From Gaiellaceae bacterium (GTDB taxonomy: Bacteria; Actinomycetota; Thermoleophilia; Gaiellales; Gaiellaceae), in NCBI GenBank assembly GCA_035711385.1, contig DASTCG010000026.1, forward strand, positions 2,133 to 66,132: a stretch of DNA of 64,000 nucleotides, written 5' to 3'. The notes under the pieces were generated by a model. It was given only the letters and a program-made list of their open reading frames with translations, ran no database searches and was not told the DNA's origin. A program made the translations under genes and the position numbers. Shown here in pieces: positions 7,267 through 15,206 of the stretch. How positions within the stretch are numbered: the stretch's first letter is position 1; the number at the start of each line of letters is the position of its first letter.

Positions 7267-10233
7267 TTACCGAACCCGGACGCGAGCCGTCCCGACCAGG
7301 TAGCCGCGCTTCGTCGCCTGGAAGTAGACGATGCCCTTCTGCTTCGGCCGGAAGCGGAAGACGACCTGGCCCCTGCGGTTCGTCGCCCGCCAGCGCGGCT
7401 TGAGACCGGACCCGAGGCCACGAACCTTCGCGCTGGCCACGACGCGGCCACCGGCCTTGATCGTCACGACCACGCGGCTCATCCGCTTCGCACGGAGCCT
7501 GCCCTTGACGAAGATGCGCAGGCGCTGGGCGACCTGGATGCCCCCCGGGCGGCTGGCACTCGTCTTGGCGAGCGTGAACGAATGCGCGCGGGTGTAGTCG
7601 CCGACGTTGTTGTCCTCGTCATAGGCCGCGACTTTCCACCAGAACGTCCCGCCCTGCAGATAGACAGTCGAGGTGAGGGTCGGGGCGTAGGACGTGTTGT
7701 CGGTTCGCAGGTCCTCGACGGTCGTCGCGAAGTCCTCGCGATTCGCCACGAGCACTCGGTACTGCTTCGTCCCCGGCTTGGGATCCCAGCTGAAGACGAG
7801 GGAGGTCGGCGAGGCGTCGGTGATGGCGCCGGTCGGCTCGCCCATCGTCCGGGTGAAGTTCCCGGTCGAGGACCACGGCCCCGGCGTCGTCTGACCCGTC
7901 TTCGTGGGGAAGTTCGCGCGGACACGGACACCGACGATCCCCGTTCCGGTCATCTTCGCGAAGCTCGCAGCAGCCGAGCGGAAGTCGTCGTACTCGGCGT
8001 GGTCGCCGTCCGGCTCGTCGATGGCGACCCGGTATGACACAGCTCCCGCGACCGGATTCCACGCGATCAACGGATACATGTCGCCAGTCGGAGGCTCGAA
8101 CCTCGGCGACGGCACCGGCAGCCGGCGCTGGAAGGTTGCGACGGTGGACCAGCGGAGACCGACGAGGTTCTCGTCGTCGGCCCGCACGCGCCAGTACAGC
8201 ACGGTGTCTGCCGGATACGACGTCGCGCTGGTGTACGCGGTGGACGCAGTCTGGACGTCGTCGAGCACCGTGCCGAAGCTCGGGTCGTTCGAGACCTGGA
8301 GCCGGTAGCGGCGCGCACCCTCCGCCGAGTTCCACTGGAACGTCGGCTGCCCCGTCACGTCGGCGCCTGACGCGGGCGAGAGCTGCGTGGGCGGGTTGGA
8401 GAGCTTCTGGAAGTTGTCCGGCGCGGCCTGGAGCGGGTTTCCCGCCGCGCCGTCGCCGTTCGCGCTCGTCGCCGGGAGTACGGCCCAGTAGTACAGCGTC
8501 TCCTCGTCGGTGTACGTCACGGGCGCACTGCCGGTGCGCGGTGCGTACGCGGGCAGCTGCGTGAATGCGTAGTCCACGATGTTGCTGAACGACGGATCCT
8601 TCGCGACGATGACGTAGTAGCTCGCCTTCCCGGAAAGCGGCTTCCAGGTGAAGAGCGGCATGCGCGTCGTGGCCACACCCGTGGTGGGAAGCAGATAGTC
8701 GTCCGAGCCGAGGTTCCCCGCGACGCAGGACGGCGAGCAGCTCCCGCCGGCGGGTGGGCCGACCCAGGTGAACGATGTCCCGGTTCCGTCGTCGAGGTAC
8801 GTGTACTCGCCGTAGACCTCCTGCGAGCCCGAGTCGCGGTCGGCACGGGCACGAACACGGGCGCAGTACGACTTTCCAGTCACCGGGGCGTGGTTCCCGT
8901 CGGTGGAGACTGCGCGCGTGTCGGGGTACGGCTTGACGCCGCCCCAACCTGCGCCGAGCATCGTCCACGACGTCGTCGCCGTCTTGATCCGCCAGTTGTC
9001 GTCGGGGCCGTCGGAGTCCGACCAGTCGCAGATGCCGCCTTCGAACGGCCAGACGTCGACTTCGTAGCTGGAGGCGCCGGGAACCGGGCTCCAGGTCAGG
9101 ATCGGGACGCTGGTCTGGTAGCCCGCCGTGCCCGAGTCGACGTCGCTGCCGGGATCCGAGAGGTTGTCGCGCATCCGGAGGTTCTTCACGCTCGGTGCGC
9201 TGACGGGTGGGACCTTGTCGAACGTCTTCGTGAACGGCGCGCCGAGGTTCCACTGCCCGGCGTTGCCGAACGCATCCAGAGCGCGCACACGCCAGTAGTA
9301 CGTGTTGTCCCGGAGCATCGAGGTCGGTGCGTGGGAGGAGCCGATGATCGTGCTCGTGCAGCAGACCTTCGACCCGGGCGAGAAATCGGCGGTGGGGTTG
9401 ACCTCGAGCTCGTACTTCGCCGCACCCGGGACGGGTGTCCACGAGAAGAACGGGTCGAACACCTCGGTCTCCGTCATCAGGTCGGAGACCCCGGGCGCAG
9501 TCGCCGTCGGCCACGTCCATGTAAACGACTGGACCGGCGACGGTACGCCGCGGTGATCCTGCGCATCCATGGGAGTCACGCCCCAGTAGTACGTGCCGGG
9601 TGGAAGCAGGAGCGCGCGCGGCGCGTAGACGGTCCCCGACGTCTCGACGTTCTCCTGGCCGCCGACCGCCGAGCCGAGCAGCGGGTCGCTCGCGATCGTG
9701 ACGAGGTACTTGGCGGCATGCGGCACTGCCGACCACCGGAGCACGAGCGGGTTCGTCGGATGCGAGACGACCGCCCCGTGTGCCGGCGCCTGCAAGGCGG
9801 GCGCGAGCGTCCAGCTCTTGCGCAGCTGCCGAGGCGCCGACCACGGGGAAACAGATCCGTCGGCGGCGACGGCGCGGACACGCCAGTAGTACGTGCCGTT
9901 CGGGATGGTCTTCTTGAGGGTCGCTCGGGTGTTCCGGGTGAAGAACTGGTCTTCCCCCTTCCCGAGCACCGGCGCGTTGAAGCCGGAGTCGGCGGCAAAC
10001 TGGAACTCGTACCGCGCGGCACCGGCTACGGCGCTCCAGGAGAAGGCGGGCAGTGCCTGGGCGCTGGCCCCGGCGCCCGGCGCGAGCGGTGCCGGAGCGG
10101 CGAGCGGGGACGCCGCCGGGGAGGCGGCGGCGGTCAGGAGCGCGGCGGCTGCAACCAGCGCGCCGGCGGCGGTGCGAACGGGAACGGCGCCGGGCGAGAC
10201 CCCGGCTCGGACTGCTCTCAGGATGGCGGCCAT
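7267..10233 (-). CDS. large secreted protein with 8 fibronectin-III-like repeats and a C-terminal Ig-like/carboxypeptidase-regulatory-like domain (988 aa)
   Basis: Signal peptide with Ala-rich h-region. Eight ~100-aa repeats each carry W-x-x-V/A-x-G-A-x-x-Y ... D-x-x-F ... YYWRV-type motifs. Confidence 0.8.
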   Translation of the reverse strand: MAAILRAVRAGVSPGAVPVRTAAGALVAAAALLTAAASPAASPLAAPAPLAPGAGASAQALPAFSWSAVAGAARYEFQFAADSGFNAPVLGKGEDQFFTRNTRATLKKTIPNGTYYWRVRAVAADGSVSPWSAPRQLRKSWTLAPALQAPAHGAVVSHPTNPLVLRWSAVPHAAKYLVTIASDPLLGSAVGGQENVETSGTVYAPRALLLPPGTYYWGVTPMDAQDHRGVPSPVQSFTWTWPTATAPGVSDLMTETEVFDPFFSWTPVPGAAKYELEVNPTADFSPGSKVCCTSTIIGSSHAPTSMLRDNTYYWRVRALDAFGNAGQWNLGAPFTKTFDKVPPVSAPSVKNLRMRDNLSDPGSDVDSGTAGYQTSVPILTWSPVPGASSYEVDVWPFEGGICDWSDSDGPDDNWRIKTATTSWTMLGAGWGGVKPYPDTRAVSTDGNHAPVTGKSYCARVRARADRDSGSQEVYGEYTYLDDGTGTSFTWVGPPAGGSCSPSCVAGNLGSDDYLLPTTGVATTRMPLFTWKPLSGKASYYVIVAKDPSFSNIVDYAFTQLPAYAPRTGSAPVTYTDEETLYYWAVLPATSANGDGAAGNPLQAAPDNFQKLSNPPTQLSPASGADVTGQPTFQWNSAEGARRYRLQVSNDPSFGTVLDDVQTASTAYTSATSYPADTVLYWRVRADDENLVGLRWSTVATFQRRLPVPSPRFEPPTGDMYPLIAWNPVAGAVSYRVAIDEPDGDHAEYDDFRSAAASFAKMTGTGIVGVRVRANFPTKTGQTTPGPWSSTGNFTRTMGEPTGAITDASPTSLVFSWDPKPGTKQYRVLVANREDFATTVEDLRTDNTSYAPTLTSTVYLQGGTFWWKVAAYDEDNNVGDYTRAHSFTLAKTSASRPGGIQVAQRLRIFVKGRLRAKRMSRVVVTIKAGGRVVASAKVRGLGSGLKPRWRATNRRGQVVFRFRPKQKGIVYFQATKRGYLVGTARVRVR

Positions 10234-10527
10234 GTCTCGTCGAACAGAGCGCAGCGGCCGCAGAGCTGTCTCCGTCCCTCTCCTTCCGTCGGGGCCTTAC
10301 CCGGCTGACATCGGGGCGGCGTGAGCGAGCGCACATCCCCCAACCGAGGGGAACGCGTTGATTCGGCCCTCTATGGCGGAAAGATCGGAAACGCGCTGTT
10401 TCGGGAGCCGAAGACAGGCGTGCGAAGCTCGTATCGCTCGCTGTCCGATCCTTTCCGGTACACGCGCCCGCCGCATCGGGTGAGCCCGCGGTCGCGAACT
10501 ACCAGAGCGCGTCCGGCAAGTCTCGGG

Positions 10528-10947
10528 CTACCGGATGTAGAAGTCGACGAACTGCCCCCTGCCGTAGTGGTAGGGCAGGTTGCAGATGAGCGAGTAGTGA
10601 CCTTTTCTCAGGGTCAGGGTCAGCCGTTTCGTCTGGCCGGGCTTGATCTCCCCGATCTCGCCGACGGCGCCCGTCTCCGGCGCTTCGCGCGCGTTCGGAG
10701 CGGCCAGTCGCCCTGCCGCCTTCGCCGTCCTGAGCACGACGAACTCGTGGGTCATCCGCCCGGCGTTGTGCACGACGAAGGTGACCTTGGTGGCTGTGGT
10801 CTTCGTCGCCGTCACCGGCAGGATGTCCCACTCGACCATCCTGAACTTCATGCTTGCGGTCTTCGCCTGGTGCGACGGCGCGGCCGCAGCCGGGGCCGCT
10901 GCAGCGATCAGCGCGGCAAGCGCCGCGAGTGTCAGCGTCCACCTCAT
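10528..10947 (-). CDS. secreted cupredoxin-like protein (139 aa)
   Basis: ATG 10947 preceded by AAGGAGG with 6-nt spacing. Signal peptide MRWTLTLAALAALIAAAAPAAAA. Ligand-like residues HEF ... CNLPYHYGRGQ. The upstream part of the 431-aa ORF is an artefact. Confidence 0.75.
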   Translation of the reverse strand: MRWTLTLAALAALIAAAAPAAAAPSHQAKTASMKFRMVEWDILPVTATKTTATKVTFVVHNAGRMTHEFVVLRTAKAAGRLAAPNAREAPETGAVGEIGEIKPGQTKRLTLTLRKGHYSLICNLPYHYGRGQFVDFYIR

Positions 10948-11106
10948 GATCCGCCTCCTTGCTCGGTAGAGCGCAACGCTTCCAGGGCGGCGACGCTTCG
11001 CCATCGGTCTGGGCACCCACTGCGATTGCGGACATCCACGGATCTGTGGACAGCCTGGCGACGCACGCCCGGCCCGAGTCGGCGAAGCTATGCAAGGAGG
11101 AGATCG

Positions 11107-11520
11107 ATGGCGTTCACGATTCGCAGGGTCCAGTACTTCTACGTCAACGTGAGGGACGAGCTCGGGGCGGCGTATCGCGTGCTGTCGCAACTCGCCGAGC
11201 TCGGAGTCAACCTGCTTGCGTTCACGGCGGTGCCGAGCGGGCCGAGCCTCGCCCAGTTCGCGCTCTTCCCGGAGGACCCGGGCAAGCTCGTCGCCCAGGC
11301 GCGCAGCGCCGGACTGACGATCGACGGCCCCTATCACGCGCTGCTCGTGCAAGGCGACGACGAGCTGGGTGCGCTCGCCGGAGTCCACGCCAGCCTGGTG
11401 GCCGCCGGCGTCGACATCTACGCCTCCACCGGCGTGACCGACGGCCGAGGCTCCTTCGGGTATGTCATCTACGTGCGCGAGGACCAGTTCGAGAGCGCGG
11501 CGCGCGCCGTGGAAGTCTGA
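11107..11520 (+). CDS. ACT-domain-containing protein (137 aa)
   Basis: ATG 11107 preceded by AAGGAGG. Two ACT-like beta-alpha-beta-beta-alpha-beta halves (YFYVNVRDELGAAYRVLSQLAELGVNL...). Confidence 0.7.
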   Translation: MAFTIRRVQYFYVNVRDELGAAYRVLSQLAELGVNLLAFTAVPSGPSLAQFALFPEDPGKLVAQARSAGLTIDGPYHALLVQGDDELGALAGVHASLVAAGVDIYASTGVTDGRGSFGYVIYVREDQFESAARAVEV

Positions 11521-11641
11521 TCGGGCGGCACGGCCCGGCTTACCCCCGGCCCTTTGGCCTCGAACGGGCGAGACTTGTCGCACTCGCTTGCCGACGGTGC
11601 GAGCCCGTGCGAGCCCGCCGCCTACCGCCTCGTATGTCTGC

Positions 11642-12451
11642 CTACTTCTTCTTGCCGTGGCCCTTGTTCTTGCCGCTGCTGCTGTTCTGGTCGTCCTTGC
11701 CTTTGCCGTCGTGGTGATTGGCGTAAGCCACACACTGTCCTTGGTTCTTGAACGACGGATTCGCGAACCGCCTCCAGCGGCCCTTCTTGCACTGCTGCTT
11801 GCTCGTCGGCGGCGCGATGACATAGGTCTTGAACGCGAAGTCGGTGGAGCCGAAGGCGTTCACGGGCGCCCACGTCACGCCTCCGTTGCCACTGTGAAGT
11901 CCCAATCCAGCGGGATAGGGATCTCCGGCCGGCCCGAAGCCCCACGCGTAGCAGTTGACGAAGCCACAACTCGAGGACGAGACGACGATCGCGTACTGAG
12001 TACCGGCCGTCACCGGGGCCGGTGGCGTGAGCGGGACCGAAAGGAAACCCGTAGGGACCACGCCGGCCGGGACGCTCGCCGCCGGAAGGGTCTCGTTCGC
12101 GAGAGCGAGACTGCTCGGCACCCCGCCCGACAGAGACCGGATCTCGACTCGCAGCGACGCGGTTCCGGCCCCCTGCCGGACGACGGCGATGTCGATCTGG
12201 TCGAGGCCGCCCGAAACGCCGTTCGTAAAGGTCTGCGCCCAGTTGCTCGTGTCGGAAACCAATCCCTGGACATTCGAGATTCCAGGCTGAGTCTGGTCGA
12301 GCACCCCCGCGCTTGCGGAGGGAACGACGGCGAGCATCCCCCCGACCATGGTCAGAGCGAGAACCAGCGCGAGCCCGGGTAGTCGGAAGCCGGTTCGTCG
12401 CGCCCCGCCCGAGCCACAAGAACTGCGCCGCAGCAGCACCCGCATCACCAT
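11642..12451 (-). CDS. secreted hypothetical protein with C-terminal Cys pair and Lys-rich tail (269 aa)
   Basis: Signal peptide/TM (LALVLALTMVGGMLAVVPSASA) and good GC3 bias. C-terminal CKKGRWRRF...NQGQCV motif followed by a GK/K-rich tail. Confidence 0.7.
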   Translation of the reverse strand: MVMRVLLRRSSCGSGGARRTGFRLPGLALVLALTMVGGMLAVVPSASAGVLDQTQPGISNVQGLVSDTSNWAQTFTNGVSGGLDQIDIAVVRQGAGTASLRVEIRSLSGGVPSSLALANETLPAASVPAGVVPTGFLSVPLTPPAPVTAGTQYAIVVSSSSCGFVNCYAWGFGPAGDPYPAGLGLHSGNGGVTWAPVNAFGSTDFAFKTYVIAPPTSKQQCKKGRWRRFANPSFKNQGQCVAYANHHDGKGKDDQNSSSGKNKGHGKKK

Positions 12452-12581
12452 GACGCCCCCCTCTCTCGCGTAGGCAGGTCGATGGTCTCGCTCGGCCCCG
12501 GCAATGTCAAGCTGCGTCCCCGGCGACCAGGCGCCGGGCAGATGAGCCGCGATGTTCGTACGAACAGAGGTTCCTGCTCGA

Positions 12582-13994
12582 TTAGCGTGGAGATGGCGGG
12601 ACGAGTCGCAGTTGGGTGGCGTCCCATCGCCACACGTTGTCGCCTGTGATGTGCGTGCCGCCGATCCAGCGGTCGATGCCGAGCAGATCGACTCGGTCGG
12701 CCTCGCCGAGCAGGACGCGCTCGCCGGTGGCGGTCAGCCGGAGATGGAGCCGTGAGAAGAGCTGGCTGTCGCCGAGTGGTGGTGGCGGTGGGAGCGCCTC
12801 CCCATCGTCGGTTTCGAGCAGCCTGTTCGTTCCGTGCCCCAGTGACGAGAGGATCCGGTAGAACCAGGCGTCGCCGAGGAAGGGCGCCACCTCGAGTCGC
12901 TGCGCGGCGACGAAGGTGGCGGGAGGCGTGGCGGCGCCGGCCGCGATCGCGTTCAGCGCGTGTCGCTCTGTTCCAGAGAGGCCGTCGGCCGGTGCTGGGA
13001 GCTCGTCGAGCAGCCGCCGCAGTGCTGAAGCCAGGAACGGCAGATCATCGGTCTCCCGCGTCGCCCACTCGGCCATTGCGGTCGGCTCCTGCCCTTGGAC
13101 GGCAGCCCAGGTGCTCGCCGCCGCCTGAAGCGCCGCTGGTGTCGCCGGTTGCCGCGAGGGCCAGAGCGTCTCGAGCTCGTCGGGGGTCAGCTCGCCCAGC
13201 CCAGCGAAGGACGGTTTGGCAGGGAACGAGTCGATGACGATGAGCTCCGGTGCGACCTCGGCTGCGTGCGCGAGGGTGAGGACGTCGATGAGCTGGAGCT
13301 GGTCATAGAGGTCGTGCTCGAACCAGAGCACCACGTGAAGGCCGTCGCTGAGCGCGTCGAGCAGCTGCCGGTCGCGTCGCTGGAGCGAGGAGAACAGGGC
13401 ATGCCGGTTGCCCCAGCCGCAGTCGGCGAGGAACGCGGCGCGTGTCCGTAGCAGCTCGCGCCGGGGCAGCGCTGGGACCGGCCCTTCGTGGAGGACGTCC
13501 TGCCAGGAGAGCACGGCGCCGTCGAGCGCCGTCTGTCGCAGGGTGTTGCCGGCGCTCTCGCCGTTGGTGATGTGCAGAAGCGACGGCCGCGCCGCGGGCT
13601 CGCCGCCGCGTCGGGCAAGGTAGGCCGCGCCGCAGGTGCAGTGGTCAAGCGAGGTGCAGGCGCAGCCGACGACGCGTGCGAGTTCCTCTCGCATCCGCCG
13701 CAGCGCCGCGATCCGCACGTCGATCTCGTCGATCTTGGCCGCCATCCGCAGGCGCAGCACCTCCGACGGCGACCGCGAGCGGCGTGCCGCGCGCAGGTAC
13801 TCAGCGATCTCCGCCAGCGTGAAGCCGACCGCCTGGGCTTCCTTGATCGAGCGCAGGAACCGGACCGTCTCCTCGTCGTAGCGGCGATGCCCACTCGGCG
13901 TCCGCTGCGGCTCGGCCAACAGGCCCCGCCGCTCGTAGTAGCGAAGCGTCTCGACGCCGACGCCTGCGCGTGCTGCGACCTCGCCGACTCTCAC
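12582..13994 (-). CDS. MerR-family regulator fused to DUF1835/DUF3658-like domains (470 aa)
   Basis: MerR HTH (VGEVAARAGVGVETLRYYERRGLL...GHRRY), coiled coil, Cys cluster CACTSLDHCTC, then SLLHITNGESAGNTL (DUF1835-like). Start placed at GTG 13994 because a palindromic operator lies at 14011-14026. The alternative start is TTG 14033. Confidence 0.8.
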   Translation of the reverse strand: MRVGEVAARAGVGVETLRYYERRGLLAEPQRTPSGHRRYDEETVRFLRSIKEAQAVGFTLAEIAEYLRAARRSRSPSEVLRLRMAAKIDEIDVRIAALRRMREELARVVGCACTSLDHCTCGAAYLARRGGEPAARPSLLHITNGESAGNTLRQTALDGAVLSWQDVLHEGPVPALPRRELLRTRAAFLADCGWGNRHALFSSLQRRDRQLLDALSDGLHVVLWFEHDLYDQLQLIDVLTLAHAAEVAPELIVIDSFPAKPSFAGLGELTPDELETLWPSRQPATPAALQAAASTWAAVQGQEPTAMAEWATRETDDLPFLASALRRLLDELPAPADGLSGTERHALNAIAAGAATPPATFVAAQRLEVAPFLGDAWFYRILSSLGHGTNRLLETDDGEALPPPPPLGDSQLFSRLHLRLTATGERVLLGEADRVDLLGIDRWIGGTHITGDNVWRWDATQLRLVPPSPR

Positions 13995-14010
13995 GCAGTC
14001 GAGTGTAGAC

Positions 14011-14026
14011 CCGTACCTAGATACGG
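14011..14026. promoter_or_regulatory. near-perfect 16-bp palindrome CCGTAcCTAGaTACGG, candidate MerR-type operator
   Basis: Located 17 nt upstream of the GTG start of the MerR-DUF1835 gene. Confidence 0.4.
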
Positions 14027-14048
14027 AAATCAACCGCAGCCACGCAAC

Positions 14049-14075
14049 AAAAAGCCGCCAGTTGCGGCGGCTTTT
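14049..14075. terminator. bidirectional-type intrinsic terminator after tRNA-Pro
   Basis: A5-GCCGCC-loop-GGCGGC-T4. On the minus strand it reads stem-loop plus U5 immediately after the tRNA 3' end. Confidence 0.7.
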
Positions 14076-14078
14076 CGA

Positions 14079-14153
14079 TCGGGGCGCCGAGATTTGAACT
14101 CGGGACCTCTAGTCCCCCAGACTAGCGCGCTAACCAGGCTGCGCCACGCCCCG
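14079..14153 (-). tRNA. tRNA-Pro (anticodon GGG)
   Basis: Hand-folded 75-nt cloverleaf: acceptor CGGGGCG/CGCCCCG, D stem GCGC/GCGC, anticodon stem CUAGU/ACUAG with loop CUGGGGG, T stem CCGAG/CUCGG with UUCAAAU loop, discriminator A. No encoded CCA. Confidence 0.95.
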
Positions 14154-14182
14154 CAACGCCGGACACGATAACAGGCGGCCCT

Positions 14183-14392
14183 CTACGCCCTCCGGCGCTG
14201 GGCGATCTGGGAGTCGGCCGGGCGCAGCATCGTGTACACGAGCAGGCCGATGAACGGGAAGACGAGCATGGCGATCGTCCACGCGGCCTTCGCGCCCACC
14301 GACAGGTCCGGTCGCCGTCGGAAGAGGTCCAGCACTGCCCTCACCCAGAGGAAGAGGAAGAGCACGATCACCGCGCCGAGGATGATCCGCAT
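14183..14392 (-). CDS. PLD-nuclease N-terminal (PLDc_N) domain small membrane protein
   Basis: Two TM helices and the family-typical W..AMLVFPFIGLLVY motif. ATG 14392 has GGAG at 6-nt spacing. ATG 14398 is the alternative start. Confidence 0.75.
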   Translation of the reverse strand: MRIILGAVIVLFLFLWVRAVLDLFRRRPDLSVGAKAAWTIAMLVFPFIGLLVYTMLRPADSQIAQRRRA

Positions 14393-14701
14393 GAACATCT
14401 CCGGGGAACTTTACGCCGGGCGCCGGGCCGCCTCGTCGTCCCAGCGGGATGATCCGCCGGGCTCCCAGGCTGCGCCTGTGAGCTCAGGAGACGCCTCGTA
14501 GGAGGTGGCCACTCGTCGGGCGTCACGAATTTCACGGAAAGACCGCATGTTTTGACCGTGGTCAACGCAAGCTTCACGGTGTCGGAGCGTCTTGAATTGG
14601 GAGGACAAGCACACTGCTTGTTGTCCACAGCCCTCCTCTGCGGCACCCTCAGAGATGGCTCGGACACGGAAGTTGCCAGTCCCGACGATATCCACAGCCC
14701 T

Positions 14702-14914
14702 GTGGAAAACTCCGAGAATCCCGGAAAACCGCCACCCGACGACGACGACGGGGTGAAGAAGCCGCCCGGCGAGTTCGTCAACGACGAGCTCGAGAAGCAG
14801 ACCAAGCGGTTTCTCCAAGAGGTCAAGGACCTCGCACGTCGCCGCCGGGAGGCGGAAGACGACGTCGAGCCGGGCCCGCCGCCCGGCCCGGTTCAGCGTT
14901 CGAGGCGTCGGTAG
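14702..14914 (+). CDS. possible small acidic/Pro-rich protein (70 aa), weak call
   Basis: GTG 14702. GC3 bias is strong only in the 3' two-thirds (from about 14740). No domain. It overlaps the 3' end of the convergent XRE gene by 22 nt. Confidence 0.25.
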   Translation: MENSENPGKPPPDDDDGVKKPPGEFVNDELEKQTKRFLQEVKDLARRRREAEDDVEPGPPPGPVQRSRRR

Positions 14915-15192
14915 AGGCGGTCGATCAGCTCGGGCATCTGCTCGAGCTTCTGTGTGATCAAGCGGAGCCGGTACTCCCGGAAGTGCTCCGGCTCGACTCC
15001 GAGCGCCTTCGCCAGCCGCCGCACGATGTCGTCCGACGGCACGGGCCGGTTTCCGTGCACGAGGTGGTTCAGATAGCCCGCCGAGAGTGACGTCTGCTCC
15101 GCGAGCGCCCGGTAGGTGACGCCCTTCTCGTGCATCAACCGCTCGAGCGTGGGGCCGAACGGCTCCGTGCTGAATCTCCGGCGGCGGGCCAA
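14893..15192 (-). CDS. XRE-family helix-turn-helix transcriptional regulator
   Basis: HTH: GVTYRALAEQTSLSAGYLNHLVHGNRPVP. Start uncertain: TTG 15192 keeps helix 1 (FGPTLERL), ATG 15135 is the alternative. The 202-aa ORF extending into proS is an artefact. Confidence 0.7.
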   Translation of the reverse strand: MARRRRFSTEPFGPTLERLMHEKGVTYRALAEQTSLSAGYLNHLVHGNRPVPSDDIVRRLAKALGVEPEHFREYRLRLITQKLEQMPELIDRLYRRLER

Positions 15193-15206
15193 GGTCGTAT
15201 TACTAC

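Noticed and set aside
7619-10336. 905-aa minus-strand and 472-aa plus-strand ORFs overlapping the FN3-repeat protein gene
   Set aside because: Same reasoning: off-frame, Arg/Pro-rich, with no domain signatures.
14079-14153. tRNA-Pro as an integration site for a genomic island
   Set aside because: There is no integrase, no direct repeat of the tRNA 3' end, and no compositionally foreign block next to it apart from the small low-GC region at 14.4-14.9 kb, which has no mobility genes.
14702-15192. XRE regulator plus convergent small ORF as a toxin-antitoxin pair
   Set aside because: The genes converge rather than forming an operon. The small ORF has no toxin-like features and is itself a weak call.
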